Shown here: piece after piece, positions 49,321-62,272 of the stretch
Layout of the letters: each line of letters begins with the position of its first letter
Position numbering within the stretch: the first letter of the stretch is position 1
Source: Narcine bancroftii
Taxonomy: Eukaryota
Direction: 5' to 3'
NCBI RefSeq assembly: GCF_036971445.1
Contig: NC_091480.1
Coordinates: 89,466,001 to 89,530,000, forward strand
Length of the DNA stretch: 64,000 bases
Made by a program: the position numbers and the translations under genes
The notes under the pieces: model-generated
What the model was told of the DNA's origin: nothing
The model's database searches: none
The model's input: only the letters and a program-made list of their open reading frames with translations

Positions 49321-50594
49321 ATATCTCTAAGGTGATGCTTCATTACTGAACTCTCATTCTACTTTATACACATTCCCCAACGAGCCAATGGATATTAACC
49401 TTCATTCACTCAGCTGAATGATTCAAAACAGACTATTGCAGATGAGCACCCTCATTTTATGATGTGCGTGAATGGGAATGATGCACCGTCATTGATTTTA
49501 AATTAAAACTTCTGGGAAAGAGAGATTCTTACGGCCTTTATCAAAAATTAACACTTTTATAATGTCAGTGTGTTCCAGAGGCTATAACGGCCAATGACAT
49601 GTTGTCTCTATAGAAGAGAAACACAAACATCAAATGAAATATAGAAATGAATGAAATATTGCAAGGTATCACAAACTGGATTTTGAAAGACGGAGAATAT
49701 TCCAAGACCGTCATTGGTGCAAAAATTCCACCAGCGTTGCTCTCCGTAACGAAGGCCTCAACATGAAATGAACTAGTTGGTTAACTCTGAAGTCTTCTAA
49801 CGTGTACCAGGTAATAGATAGGCTAAGAATCATTTTGAATAAGTTATTGCCACTTTAAAATGCTAAAAGGATTTTGCCTGTTCATTTATCTCCTCGTGTA
49901 TAAAGGGTATTTCTGACAATATCTTTGATCTATAATAAGCAAAGAATAATGTTTCCATAAGCATATCTTGGCTTTCTTTTCAACATAAAATGTTGTTTCC
50001 TCAATCATCAGTTTTGACTAGTTGCCATTTCAGTGATGTTAAATAAATAGAATAAGTGATGCTATTAATAGATGCCATGATGAGTCATTCTCTGTTGCCA
50101 AACATAAAATAACATCGCTGCTATTCTATTTCACTGAATAAGTAATCACAAAATCACTTAATCTTCTTAAATTTTTGGCGACTTCAGTAATGACGTAAAA
50201 TTTAATGCAGAAGAGTGGCAAATCTTCAAGTTGCGCTTCAATTGTTTTTCATTTCAAATGCCACTGGAATTGGAATGCAACTCTCTTTCCACTGCTTTTA
50301 AAATTTCCATTAATTTTAAGGCTCTAAATCAAATAAAAAGGCTTATTGTTTGCACATTATGTGTGAACTATATCAGGTCATTAGACAGTTTTAAATTAAT
50401 TTAAGATTCCAAATTATACCCATTAAGAAGTGTGGTAGCAGTTGATTGAAGGGGGAACGTGATACTTTTGGTGACATTTTGTCCGGTTTTCTTGATGCCA
50501 AATGTGGGACGTGCAGTTCTCCCATGGAGGATGGCTGTTTCTGCTGTGTTCTCTATATGCCCACTCCATTAGGGTGAACGGAATTTCACATCAA

Positions 50595-51170
50595 TTAGAG
50601 TCATGGAGTAAAAAAAAGCATGGAAACAGCATGAAAGCCCAACTTTCCCATGCCAAGCAAAGTATTCCACCCACACTGATTCCATCTGCCTGTGTTTGGC
50701 CCACATCCCCCTAACTCCATCATACCCATGAATCCATCCATTTTATTTTTTAGACATTGCAATAGTACCTATCCCAACCACCTCCTACAGCAATCCATTC
50801 CTTACACATAGAACTTCCTTTAAAAAAAGTTACCTCTCAGAGTCCTGTTCAATATTTTCCCCTTCAGCTTAAACCTATGAACTCGGGCTACCTATTTGGC
50901 TTCTCTGGGCAAAAGATTCTTTGTTCGTCTGATTTATCCCTCTCCTGATTTTGTATGTCTCAAAAATCACCCCTCATCCTCCTTCACTCCATTATTAGAG
51001 CCGGCTCAAGCTCTCCCTATAGCTCAGGCACCCCCCCCCCCGAGTCCTGGCCACATTCTCGTAAATCTCCTCTGTACCCTTTCCTGCTTGACAACATCTT
51101 TCCTGTATTACCATGACCAAAACCGAACACAATTCTCCAAATGAAGCCTCACGGACATCTTTTACAATTG
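50595..51170 (-). mobile_element. CR1 LINE 3' fragment
   Basis: Reverse-complement CR1 tail and ORF end (ctcgtaaatctcctctgtaccctttcc...accgaacacaattctccaa). Confidence 0.65.
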
Positions 51171-52765
51171 CACTTGCCGACTGTCACTTTGGGATTTAAG
51201 CTGAAGAGGTGATAAATAGAGAGAAAGGAGAATGGAGGTTGATTAAATATTACAGATAAGGGTATAAAACCGTGGATTGGATATTGCTAATGTTGCTCAG
51301 AAGTTCCATCTGTGGGTCCGAGCTCAGTTTCAAATATTCATGGAGTGCAATTGATGATGGTTCTTGCGAATAACAACAGTCTCCCTCTTCTTTAATACAG
51401 AAGGAGAACTATATTACCTGATCCAAGCATGATGGAAGCTGACTATGTGTGTTGCACTGAGATTGAGCTAAATATATTGTCTGATAAGACATTCAGATTT
51501 GAGCCATGTTCTGGCAAATTTTCCACATAGGATCCTTTTTTGAACAAAATATCTGGATCCTGCTTGACATATTTCAATCACCACAGAATTCCCAGAACTG
51601 GAATCTTCTACCACAGGGGATTATCTTTGAAGTTAAAGAAGACAAAATCAACCTTCAGTAGAATCACTATATAATAACATTCTGGAAATTCAAGCCCTGT
51701 GACAAGGTTGAAATTAATTATTCCTCATGTTGTGCTTCAGTCAGACTCTAATGTGGATTTCTCTCCCCAGACATGTACTGTACTAAGCCACATCACAACA
51801 GAAAATGAACTGTGGCAAAAGTCAAACTTTTGCTGAATTAAAAGATCTTCAACCTGAAATTTTAATTCCATTTTTATTTCTACACAATTTGTCTGACTTA
51901 TTGACTATTTCCAGTCTTGATGGCTTTGGCTGATAAAGAGTGTTTTAATTGTCTTGTATACAAACTACTGGTCTGGTTATTCCTCCATTTTGTAAGATAC
52001 TGACTTGGGTAGCCATAGAATCGTAAAAACATCGAGCATGGAAAAGTGCCCTTTCCGTCATACTGATCAACTAACGAACCCTTTGTTGAGGGTCAACGTC
52101 TATCCAGATGTCTAATCCACTCTGTTGGTTACCCGAAAGGTTGACTTGGGCAAACTTTCCACAGTGCTATCAAAGCTCAAGAAATTAGGGAACCCTCTGC
52201 TAATCAATATGATTTATGCCTTCAGTCTTGTGGTAAACTTTTGTATCAACATACAAAAATATCAATGTCCCATGATCATAGACATAATAAAGGATGCCAT
52301 ATATTATTAAATGGGCATAATTAAAACTCAAGAAAGAGAAACAACTTCCATTTAAAAAAAAAACACAGCCCTTGGAAATCAAGACGATATTGAAAGCAAA
52401 GCTAAAGATATTTTGAATTTTTTGAAATTTTTGTTTAACAAGAAGGAATGAGTCTTTATGAAAATGATACTACATTTTACTTGAAATGCATGGAAGGCAA
52501 AAGAAATATGCAAAGCTTTGCAACTACATGTGAATTCAAAAGATATGGAATCACATGAACTAGCCACCATGTCTCAAAGCATGGCCACACCCAGTGCTAA
52601 TTCTACTGAATTTCACCAAATTAGGTGGAGACCACTTGATAGATTTACCTTCAGCATTCTGCCAGTAAATCTGATCAATACTGACAGGTGTGAAAGAATA
52701 TGCTTCTTTACATCTCCAAGAAAGATTGTAATGATGTCAGTAATAAATTGTATTCATATTTCAAT

Positions 52766-52984
52766 GGTACAGCGCAGTACCAGGCCCTGCTGGCCCACGA
52801 GCCCATGATGTCTAATTATACCCAATTAACCTACAACCCCCATAAGTTTAGAGGGGTGGGAGGAAACCTGAGCACCCAGAGGAAACACGCAGACACGGGG
52901 AGAATGGGCAAACTCTTTACAGACAGCACCGGATTCGAACCCGGGTCGCCGTTGCCACAACAGCGTTGCACGAACCATGCCGCC
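52766..52984 (-). mobile_element. V-SINE
   Basis: Same family as 309-563, with a B-box-like region ggattcgaaccc. Confidence 0.8.
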
Positions 52985-53785
52985 TAATTAAATAAATTAA
53001 TGACTTTTTAAAAATCTGTTTATAATAAAGCCTCAACATAAAATTGAGCCCAACTCATTTGCAAACCTTCCACCAAAAAAAACCTAAACCTTCCCTGTAT
53101 TAATGACATGCAATGATATAGGATACTACACCCAGAATTTTGTGTACAGTTCTGATCTCATGGCCCAAGAAAGAATATACAGTAATTGCATTAGAAGTAA
53201 AGATTTGTGGCATTAATTCCCAGTTTGTTTTTTTTCAGTTGAGGAGAGATGAAACAGACTGGGGCTGCAGAAGAGAAGCCAATCCCATTGCAAATTATTA
53301 GAGGGTTAATCTTGGTCAGCAGCAAATGAAGGGTGAGCTATTGGAAGACAGATTTAATAAAAAAAATTCAACAAGATTATGGTGAATCTCTGGATTTTTC
53401 CACAAAAAAAAGGCGTACTTTCAGACTTAAGTAAAACACAAAAGTCTGCATATGTCATGACTGCAGAGACTTGGGCACCTGCCAACATATTGCTCATACC
53501 TTGACAAAGGCCTCAAGTCCATAACGTTGGTTGTGTATCTTGCTCTATAAAGTACACTGTTTGACCTGCTGAGTTTCTCCAGCATTTCATTTCTAGACTG
53601 AACCTGGTAGACTTTCAGATATGAAAAGAATCAAGGAATATAATGTTTGTGTAGGAAAGTGGCCTTAAGGTAAGTGACCACACAGAATCTTATTGAACAG
53701 TAACACTGTCCTGTTGTTTCTCATCATTTGGAATTAATATCAACTTTGATGTCAACTGGGATCTGCCATATCTAGTTTAGCCTTA

Positions 53786-54545
53786 ATTCGAGATTATTTT
53801 GTTATGATGTAATAAAAGAGAAAGTGTGATATTATTTCCTTTAGCCTACTGTAAGGCAGACAACGATTTTCTATCAGCAGAAATTGGTCAGGACCCTTAT
53901 AGCCAAAAAATAGAAGCTAAAGAGAGTCTTTCCCCCCACCCCTACTCCTGGCCAGAGTCACTGACTGTTCATTGCTTCGCATCCAGCACTCCTACAGCCT
54001 CCACAGTCTTCAATCCAAACCATCAACAACCCGCACTCCAGATGCACACCTCTGACTCAGTAAGGAAGCTTCCAGCACCTTTGGAATCCTCTCGCAACTC
54101 AGTTCCAACACCTGGTAGCCCTTCAGACGGTCTCCAGCAGTCCGCAGCCTGGTGTGATTCCGTTGACCGCAGTCACCAGCGGCCCCCTCTTCAGGTCTGC
54201 TGCCATGGGTTGCATCTGCTGCTTCCCCTTCTCAAACAGGTGGTGGTCTCCCTGTTTTCTGGTGCCCTGCGCCAGTCCTCTGCTTCCCCAGAGCCTGCAA
54301 CACCTCGTGGCCCCTGCCATACATGGGCTCTGCCATATTGGGTCCGTACCCACGGTCACGGGTTTTCAAAATAAACCACCGTCAGCTTCTTTATCAGGTC
54401 TTTTAAAGCCTATATGGAGATGATGGCAGTTGGTCTTGGCGGAGGGACCCTGTGGGGAAATGCTGTGACTTCACTCGCCGCTTCCCTCAGGTTCGCACTT
54501 GCGTCGGTGCTGCCATTACAGCTGCTCCGGCAGCACTGCCAACTC
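53786..54545 (-). mobile_element. about 760-bp non-autonomous retroelement (same family as 24281-25083)
   Basis: The minus-strand 5' end is tggcagtgctgccggagcagctgtaatggcagcacc. The 3' end is homologous to that of 60667-61480. Confidence 0.55.
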
Positions 54546-54843
54546 TTTTTGGGTGTACTTCTGTCACACTACTACTGGAGGAAAGGCAAAGCTATTCCAG
54601 ATGGGTCAACCTTCTCAGCTTTTCCTGACTAGATTATCGTAATAAACCTGGGGAACAGAATGTGATGTTTATCTAATGAATTTCCAACCTATTCATTTTC
54701 ACTGCTAGCTAGAAGGTCGTGCATTGAGAAGGAAAAAAATGATTAACCCCAATCCCCATCCTCAAATTGGTGATGTAACCTCTTTCAGCTGGGCTTCCTG
54801 AAACTAAATGGACAATGATAAGTACTTGTACAAATCCCAATAA

Positions 54844-55325
54844 CATTGGACAACAAAGAATTTTCTTCCTGTACACTTTTGGGTGTATTTTAAGGATATT
54901 GGGCTGGTGATCACGAAAATCACCTTAGAATATTCCTTTCACATAGCGTTTTTAAAATATAACCTATTTTTGTGGTTTCCTGTCATATTGTAAGACTACG
55001 TCAAGCATACAAAACCATGAAAGGCAACTGGAATCCATCAATGCTGGCTGACTATTGATGGACACTGATACGAGAGGCATCAGATGCTGAGTACAAACGA
55101 AAATCAGTGGCAAAACATTTTTAGGTCAGTTGAACTAACACAGTGTGTCAGCAATATTACGCAATTAAACATACTTAATTCAATAAAAGTTCATTTAACG
55201 TTTCTCCAACATCCAACATGACACAGAAAATCTGAAATTATCTTTGTGTTCAACTTGAAATTGTCTATCATAATCCCCAATTTTTTTCAGGAAGCAAACC
55301 TTTTGAATAAATGTGTTGTCCAGTG
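54844..55325 (+). mobile_element. Chapaev3-like (CMC) DNA transposon deletion derivative
   Basis: TIRs are cattggacaaca and tgttgtccagtg. 55023-55124 translates GNWNPSMLADY*WTLIREASDAEYKRKSVAKHF*, resembling the Chapaev3 transposase C-terminus. Confidence 0.7.
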
Positions 55326-55473
55326 TGCTAAACTCCAATTCAAATGTGGTGGTAGTCACAGCAGACTTCTGTCTCTGAGATGATGTCAGCTGCCATCTTG
55401 AAAAAAATCTCTCTTTTTAAAATGTGAATGTGTTGGCTTTATGCCCAAAACCAATCCTAAAAAATAACCTTAC

Positions 55474-55580
55474 CAATTCATATAAACATGAAATACAATT
55501 TAACATTAAACTGAAGATTAATCATATCAATTCATATAAACATGAAATACAATTTAACATTAAACTGAAGATTAATCATA
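55474..55580. repeat. perfect tandem duplication with 54-bp period
   Basis: caattcatataaacatgaaatacaatttaacattaaactgaagattaatcata occurs twice. Confidence 0.95.
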
Positions 55581-56927
55581 GCGCATTTATCACAGAGCTA
55601 ACGTATCTCTTTTTGTGGCACTTGTTGGTTGGTAGGTAGGTAGCATTTACAAATCAACTCCCCACACAAATGCGTTCACTTGAAAATTTCTGGGTGGAAC
55701 GAGAAAGTAGGATGCCATGGTTGAAAGAGTTACTGAAGCCATCAATGCATAAGACGATGAAAATCTAATTATCTTACCTGAACAGTAGGATTCAGTACAT
55801 GAAATGCAGACACACTCTTGAAGCATTGGCATTATGAATTTTCCTGCAGGGCAAACGCTTGTGCAGGAAATTTACCAAACTCATCCAAACAATCCTGCTC
55901 TAATGAATCCATAACAAAATTGAACAATGGACCAACGGGAGGAAACAAACAGTAACACAATGACAACTTGGTAAAGCCTGAAAGTACATGGAACCGAAAC
56001 ACCCAAAGGCTACATTGCAGCTAACCACAATTGGGTCATAACAGAGGAATTTGGGAGGAAAAATAAAAGCTCCTGTACCTTCTACAGGAAGCGTACAATT
56101 TTCCATACTGGCAAACACAGGGGGCATCAGGACTGAAAGAAAAGAGGCTGCTTCGCAGGGCTCACAGACTTCTCTGCACGGCTCAGTCACCAACCTGATT
56201 GGGAGCAGAATGTTTCTTCAACTTGTTAAGCATGTAGCATTTCTCTCTGTGATATAAAGTGGTCGCTTGAGACTTAATGATCCTGAATGTGTTGAGAGAA
56301 AACTTATCTGGTTTTCATATTTAGGAAAGGTAACAACCATTCTAGTAATAATGGTTTCATTCAATAATTCTCAATAACAAACGGAATTATTGAATCAATA
56401 ACCAGAAATAAAACCTATGAAAGAGACCTGAATGAAAATAACTTTCCAAACGTAACTTCACAAGGGGCAGATCTTGCCCGACCAATGTCATAGAATTTAT
56501 CTTAAATCAATCAGGAAATTCTTTCTAGCCTGAATATTTAACCTATTATAGATGTAAATATTTCCAGAGATGATTTCCTTTAAACTATAATTGTTGGTTT
56601 GAATAGATGTAGTATGAAAATGGCCATGATAATGTTATTTAACTACCTAGAAAAGGTGCCTATAAGGTTATGAGCAAAACTGTTTCTCCTTCTGCTCTAC
56701 CTGGAACCAAGTATTTGGCTCCTCTTGCTTTGCTTTCAGAATGTCACATTTCTCTGTAGTTGATGTTTATACTTGCAGATATGTAAACACTTTCTCTCAA
56801 TGATTTCCATTAACAAAAGGGATTGTTGGATAGACAAGTTATTGGTATGGCTTACAAGCCCCTACAAGGCAGATGGTGGCAGATTCTGCCTTTCATTCAA
56901 CTTGTGTTTCAGCCAGCAAAGGGGGCC

Positions 56928-57282
56928 CAATGGTTCTCAACCTTTTTCTTTCCACTCACTTACCACTTTAAGGATTATCTGTGCCATATGTAAGGAATTG
57001 CTTAAGGTGGTATGTGAGTGGAAAGAAAAAGGTTGAAAACCACTGTTTTAATTATACCTCATTGACTCATCATGTGCACGATTTCATAACTCCAAAGGAA
57101 ATGGGCCAATAACAATTTTTCTCAAGCAAAATATTTCAGTAACAATTGGGTCTAGAGCAGTGGTTCTCAACCTTCCCTTCAAACTCACATCCCACCTTAA
57201 GCAATCCCTTACCAATCACAGAGCATCAATAGCATAGGGATTACTTAAAGTGGGATGAGAGTGGAAAGATTGCAAACCACTG
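56928..57282. mobile_element. composite hAT-Charlie-like MITE
   Basis: caatggttctcaacctttt...aaaccactg, a reverse-complement homolog of 61899-62272. Confidence 0.82.
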
Positions 57283-58019
57283 TCTTAAGGTCATTGTGAT
57301 ATCTTGAGGTGCAGCCAAGGTCAAAGTGAGGATAAACATGGTCATAAATAATGGAAGGTGAAATCTGACCAAAGGTATTTTGAATTTAGGCCGAAAAGAC
57401 AGAAGATCAAAGAGGTCCAACATAGATAACCTCAACAGAGGACATAAAAAAGAAGTGGCCTACATATGTTCTAGATCGATGGAATGACATTTACCCAGTT
57501 CAAATGCTGGCTAACATTGATTGACATCATTAAACAGCACAAAGGAACAATAAATAAAGTGAACCGGATGTTGTGATACAATACCAGATTCTTTTAACTT
57601 CAAATTCTCGGAGACCATGATGAAATTATTAAATACCCTGATCATTTGCATCAGGAAATATTGCAAGCATTTCTGCTATTGTTTTATCATAGTGCATCTG
57701 CAGTTCATGGGGAAATAACATATCAGTTCATATCAATAACATATTGGTATTAAAGAGAGGAGTTTGGAGGAATAATTAGACCTAATTTAAAAATGGATGA
57801 TTTGGAAGAAGGGGCAGCTAAAGAAGAGGGCAAAGAGAAAGTTTCAGTTATTCACTGAAAACTTGCATAGAGCATTTGAGCTGAGGATACTGAACATATT
57901 TAGCAATAGGGTAAAGGATGCAGTTGTGAAATGATGTGGGGCCGGTGTCTCTGAAGGCTTTCCTGTTCTAGAACTCTCTGCAATCTGGAGAAACACAACT
58001 CTTTAGTCTTCATTTCAGG

Positions 58020-58113
58020 GTGAATGTACAAACTCCTTACAGACACCGCCGAATTCGAACCCAGGTTGCTGGTGCCGTAACAGTGTTGCAAACGCTACAC
58101 TAACCATGCTGCC
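58020..58113 (-). mobile_element. V-SINE 5' fragment
   Basis: gtacaaactccttacagaca...ttcgaaccc...taaccatgctgcc. Confidence 0.7.
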
Positions 58114-58149
58114 ATTTTGACATTTTTAAGAAAAAGAAAAATAACATGG

Positions 58150-58615
58150 AGTCATCGGGTCATAGAGTGTCCTGAGTTATACAGCATGGAAACAAGGCAT
58201 TTGGTCCAACTCGTCCATGCTGAGTAAGTTGCCTGCCTGATCACGTCCCATTTGCCTGCATTTGACCTTATCAATACACATCATGAGTTCACAAAATTCC
58301 ATAAGATCATCTCCCGGCCTCCCAAACTCTAGAGAAAAAAAGCCCCAACCCATCCAGTTTCTCCCTTAGTCCTCAGAACATCCTTGTGAATCAGTTTTAC
58401 ACCCTATTCAACTATCAATCCTTCTTATAGCCATGTGACAAAAACCTCATACAAACTCCATATATGTGGTTTCATTAACATCTTGAACAGGTAGCAACAT
58501 GATGTCCCATCCTCATAGCCAATGCCCTGACCAATGAAGGCAAGCATACCAACACCTTCTTTACCATTCTGTCTACCTGTAATGCCAATTTCAGGGAACT
58601 ATGTGCTTGCACCCC
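58150..58615 (-). mobile_element. CR1 LINE 3' fragment
   Basis: tacagcatggaaacaaggcatttggtccaac tail and ccaatgaaggcaagcatacc (GMLAFI) motif. Confidence 0.65.
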
Positions 58616-58667
58616 TATGTCTCTCTTTTATAACACTCATTGTACAATATTACAGATTGCATATAAA

Positions 58668-58935
58668 CTTCAGATTTCAGATTTATCACATCCAAACCTG
58701 AGATGCCTTTTCCTTGCAGGCGTGGCAGAATTACCAATAATTGATTGTGGAAAATCAAACTATACACAATGTAAACATGTAAACAAGTAAAGAACTGTAA
58801 ACAGACAATGAATGTAAGCAAACTGTCAAATACAGAGACAAAAAAAACTAAGTTCAAAAGTAAGAGTCCTTAAATAAGTCTCTGACTGAGTGCAGGGGGA
58901 GCAGCTGTTCCTGAACCTGGTGGTGTGAGTCTTAA
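58668..58935 (-). mobile_element. Rex1/Babar LINE 3' end
   Basis: (ttcagat)n tail...gcagctgttcctgaacctggtggtgtgagtc. Confidence 0.65.
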
Positions 58936-58951
58936 TGAAGAAGCCTGAGTG

Positions 58952-59292
58952 CAGTAATTTTCTGGCTAGACCCAGGGAGGGAGTACTGAGCAAATAAACG
59001 GTGCCAAGGCGTTCTCGCGAGAGCTGGTCTCGGTGGCTGCCATGTTCCACTGGTGTCACTACTGCCCTCTCAGTGCCACTACGACCACCCTCCACCCCCC
59101 CCCCCATTGCGTCACTAACTCCCCACCCTGGTCAGTGCCGCCATTAAACCCTCACCCCCCCATTCAGTGCCACCACTACACCTCCTTGGTGCCATCACTA
59201 ACCCCCCTCCCCAGTGCTGTTGTATGGGACGGCACTCGGAATGTGGTCTGGAGGTCAAGGGGCTGCAGCCCAAAAATGTCTGGGAACCATTG
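58952..59292. mobile_element. possible degenerate hAT-type MITE
   Basis: Ends cagtaattttc and tgggaaccattg, with internal cagtgccac-type short repeats. There is no matching TSD. Confidence 0.35.
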
Positions 59293-59359
59293 GCATAGGA
59301 AGTAGTGCAATTCCTATTTGGAGTGGGATTCGAATCCCTCACTATCTGTAAGGGGTACA

Positions 59360-59655
59360 GAATCAGAATTTATTATCATGAAACTCACTGTTTTACAGCA
59401 ATGTCAAAGAGCAAACGTTCATATAAAAACCACCTTATAACATTATTATAACAAAAAAGTTAAAAAGTGCACAAAAAGTAAAGCCGGTCTAGGGTTTATT
59501 GATCATTCAGGAATCTGATAGCAGTGGGGAAGAAGCTGTCCTTGTGCTGTTGAGTTCTTGTCTTTCGGCTCCTGTGTAGCAGAGTGAAGAGGATGTGGCC
59601 TGGGTAGTGGGGATCTTTGAGGATAGAGGCTGGTTGTTTATGACACCGTCTCATG
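59360..59655 (-). mobile_element. Rex1/Babar LINE 3' end
   Basis: ORF 59496..59744 contains ILKDPHYPGHILFTLL...KDSFFPTAIRFLN. Confidence 0.75.
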
Positions 59656-59658
59656 CAG

Positions 59659-59820
59659 GTGTCCTCGATGGAGTTGATACGTTCTCCCCGTGTCTGCATG
59701 GGTTTTCCACGGGTGCTCCGGTTTTCTCCCACCATTTGAAACATACTGGGGATTGTAGGTTAATTGGGCAGCATGGTCTTGTGGGCCAAAGTGACCTGTA
59801 CTGCTGTATGTCTAAATTTG
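59659..59820 (+). mobile_element. V-SINE 3' part
   Basis: acgttctccccgtgtctgcatgggttttccacgggtgctccgg core and tail. Confidence 0.75.
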
Positions 59821-60666
59821 AAAAAAGAGTCCAAGTGTGTTTTTGCTATATCTTTTATTGTAATGAAAGCTCTACCTGGATCAGTTGAAGGGGCACTGAG
59901 TTCACTTACTGAAGCTTACAGGATCTAATTGAATAGAATCAGCCAGATGCTGTATGATGAACAGTAGAGAACATCTGGAGCAAAGTTCATTCTTCCTGTA
60001 GAAGTGACTGTAACCAGAGCATGAAGCTTTCATGCAACCGCATCCTTCCAAGCCACCCAGGAGCCACCAGGCCGTCTGGAGCACACGCGTGTCTTGGAGA
60101 AATGACAGACACTTGGTTTGCAAGGGTTAACACCTTGTCACAATTTCTGTGGCCAGAAGACATCTGCTCCACAGAACCCACTGCTTTGACAAATTGGCAA
60201 GATTCCTCGTGTACAAAGAATCACATCTGGCATCCATGTGGGATTCAAGGTTCTTCATGTCAACCCCATCGTCTTAAAAAATGAAAAAGGGATTGCAATC
60301 AATTAATTTTCAGGTGGTACCTAACCACAGAAACATCCTTTGCCGCATGGCCACTATGCAGGAGGCAACCATGATGTCTTTATTGTGTGGTAACATATAG
60401 TGCCTGCGTTACTCAAAGAGATGAAATACTGGGTAGGTGGCTAATTGGAAAATTGGGCTCTGCTCTGCTTGTATCGTTTTTGAATCCACTAAGATAATCC
60501 CTCCCACCACCAACAACATTTGTTTCGTTCTACTCTGCTCAATTCAACTTTGTAAAACACTCTACTTATATCAGATGTGCTGAAAGACCATGTACAAAAT
60601 CCCAATGCTTTTCATATTGTTCAAAATTATATTCTCTTGGAGCTGAGCAGTTGTCAACCAATTGTT

Positions 60667-61480
60667 CAAGGTTCAAGATTCTTTTATTTGTCATGTAATA
60701 AAACAGAAAATGTGACGTTTCACAAATTTCCTTTAGGCTACCATAAGGCAGACAAAGTTTGGCTATGAGTAGAAATTGCCCAGCACCCCTTGCAGTCTGA
60801 GAAAGATAAGCAGAAGAGAGTCTCCCCAGAGTCATTGAGTGTCCATGGATTCACCTCTAGCGTTCCTGCAGCCACACAGCCTTCAGTCCAAACCGCCAGC
60901 AACCTGAGCTCCAGATGAAAACCTCTGATACAATTAGAAAGCCTCCAGCACTCTTGGCACCTTCTCGCATCTTGGTTCCAAGACCTGGAAACCCCTTCAG
61001 CCAGTCTCGAGCCAGTTTCCAGCAATCTGGTGTGAGTTCCTTGACTGTAGTCACCAGCAGACTGCGTGGTTCCTTGCCTTGAGTCTCCAACAGCTCTCTG
61101 CTCGTGTGTTTTTCAGCTGCTGAACCTCTCAACTGGTCCACCGCTGTGGATCTTCTCCACTGCTTCACCTCCTCAAACTCTGGATGGTCTCCCTATTTTC
61201 TGTTGCCCTGAGTCAGTCCTCAACTTCCCCAGAGTCTGCAACCCCTCATGGCCACTGCCAATCATAGGCGCTGCCATCTTGAGCCCAGACCCCATGGTCG
61301 TAGGATTTTAAAATAAATGAATGTTTATTTTACAGCCCATTTAAAGCATGTATAGAATCAATGGCAGTTGGACTGGGAAGTTGGACCCTGTGGGAGAGCG
61401 CTGTGTGTCCACTCCCCGATTTTCACAGTTAACACCAGCGGCAGTGCTGCCGTTACAATGGCTCTGGCAGTGCCACCATT
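60667..61480 (-). mobile_element. about 810-bp non-autonomous retroelement (same family as 24281-25083)
   Basis: The minus-strand 5' end is aatggtggcactgccagagccattgtaacggcagcac and the 3' tail is aataaaagaatcttgaaccttgaa. Confidence 0.6.
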
Positions 61481-61898
61481 TTTTTTTGTGATAGATGAAG
61501 TATCTCCTCTGCCGTGCTTTGTTCATGTTTAGGTTTCTGCCACTCTTGTTGAAGACATTAAGAAGTCAAGGGCTCACACTGGATTTTGCCATGTCCCTGA
61601 TACCAGTAACATTTTTTTACCCGGACGCTAACAGATGCAATGCATTTGAGGGGCACTGCAAATTCCCTTCCTCCCCACACAGAAGATGTTTTTATACTGG
61701 AAGTTGGTACAAGGCATTAAGCAGAATTTCCTCCACAACATGAACTATAGTATTTTAGTGCCACTTTAACAGTACAATCCGGCGATCATCTGCATAATTT
61801 TTGAAAGATCTCGCATTTTCCTAGAGTACTTTGGATTAGTTGGTGCTCAGCCCTTTAATGCAAGCTGGGCTGAATTTTTATTAAGGAATCTTTTAAAG

Positions 61899-62272
61899 CA
61901 GTGGTTCTCAATCTTTTTCTTTCCACTTACCTACCACTTTAAGTAATTCCTATGCATAGGTGCTCTGTGATTAGTAAGGGATTGCTTAAGGTGGTATGTG
62001 AGTGGGAAGGGAAGGTTGTGAACCCCTGCTCTTGACCCAATTATTACTGAAATATTTTACTTGAGAAAAATTGTCATTGGCCCATTTCCTTTGGAGTTCT
62101 GAAACCGTGCACATAACGAGTCAATGAGGTACGATTAAAACAGCAGTTTTCAAACTTTTTCTTTCCACCCAATAACACCTTAAGCAATCCATTACTAATC
62201 ACAGAGCACTCATGGCATAGGGAATACTTAAAGTGGTAATGTGAGTGGAAAGAAAAAGGTTGAGAACCACTG
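61899..62272. mobile_element. complete composite hAT-Charlie-like MITE (374 bp)
   Basis: TIRs CAGTGGTTCTCAA...TTGAGAACCACTG with the perfect 8-bp TSD TTTTAAAG (61891-61898, 62273-62280). Confidence 0.92.

Noticed and set aside
53826-54374. 182-aa ORF
   Set aside because: It is antisense to a multicopy non-coding retroelement and is not preserved in the other copies.
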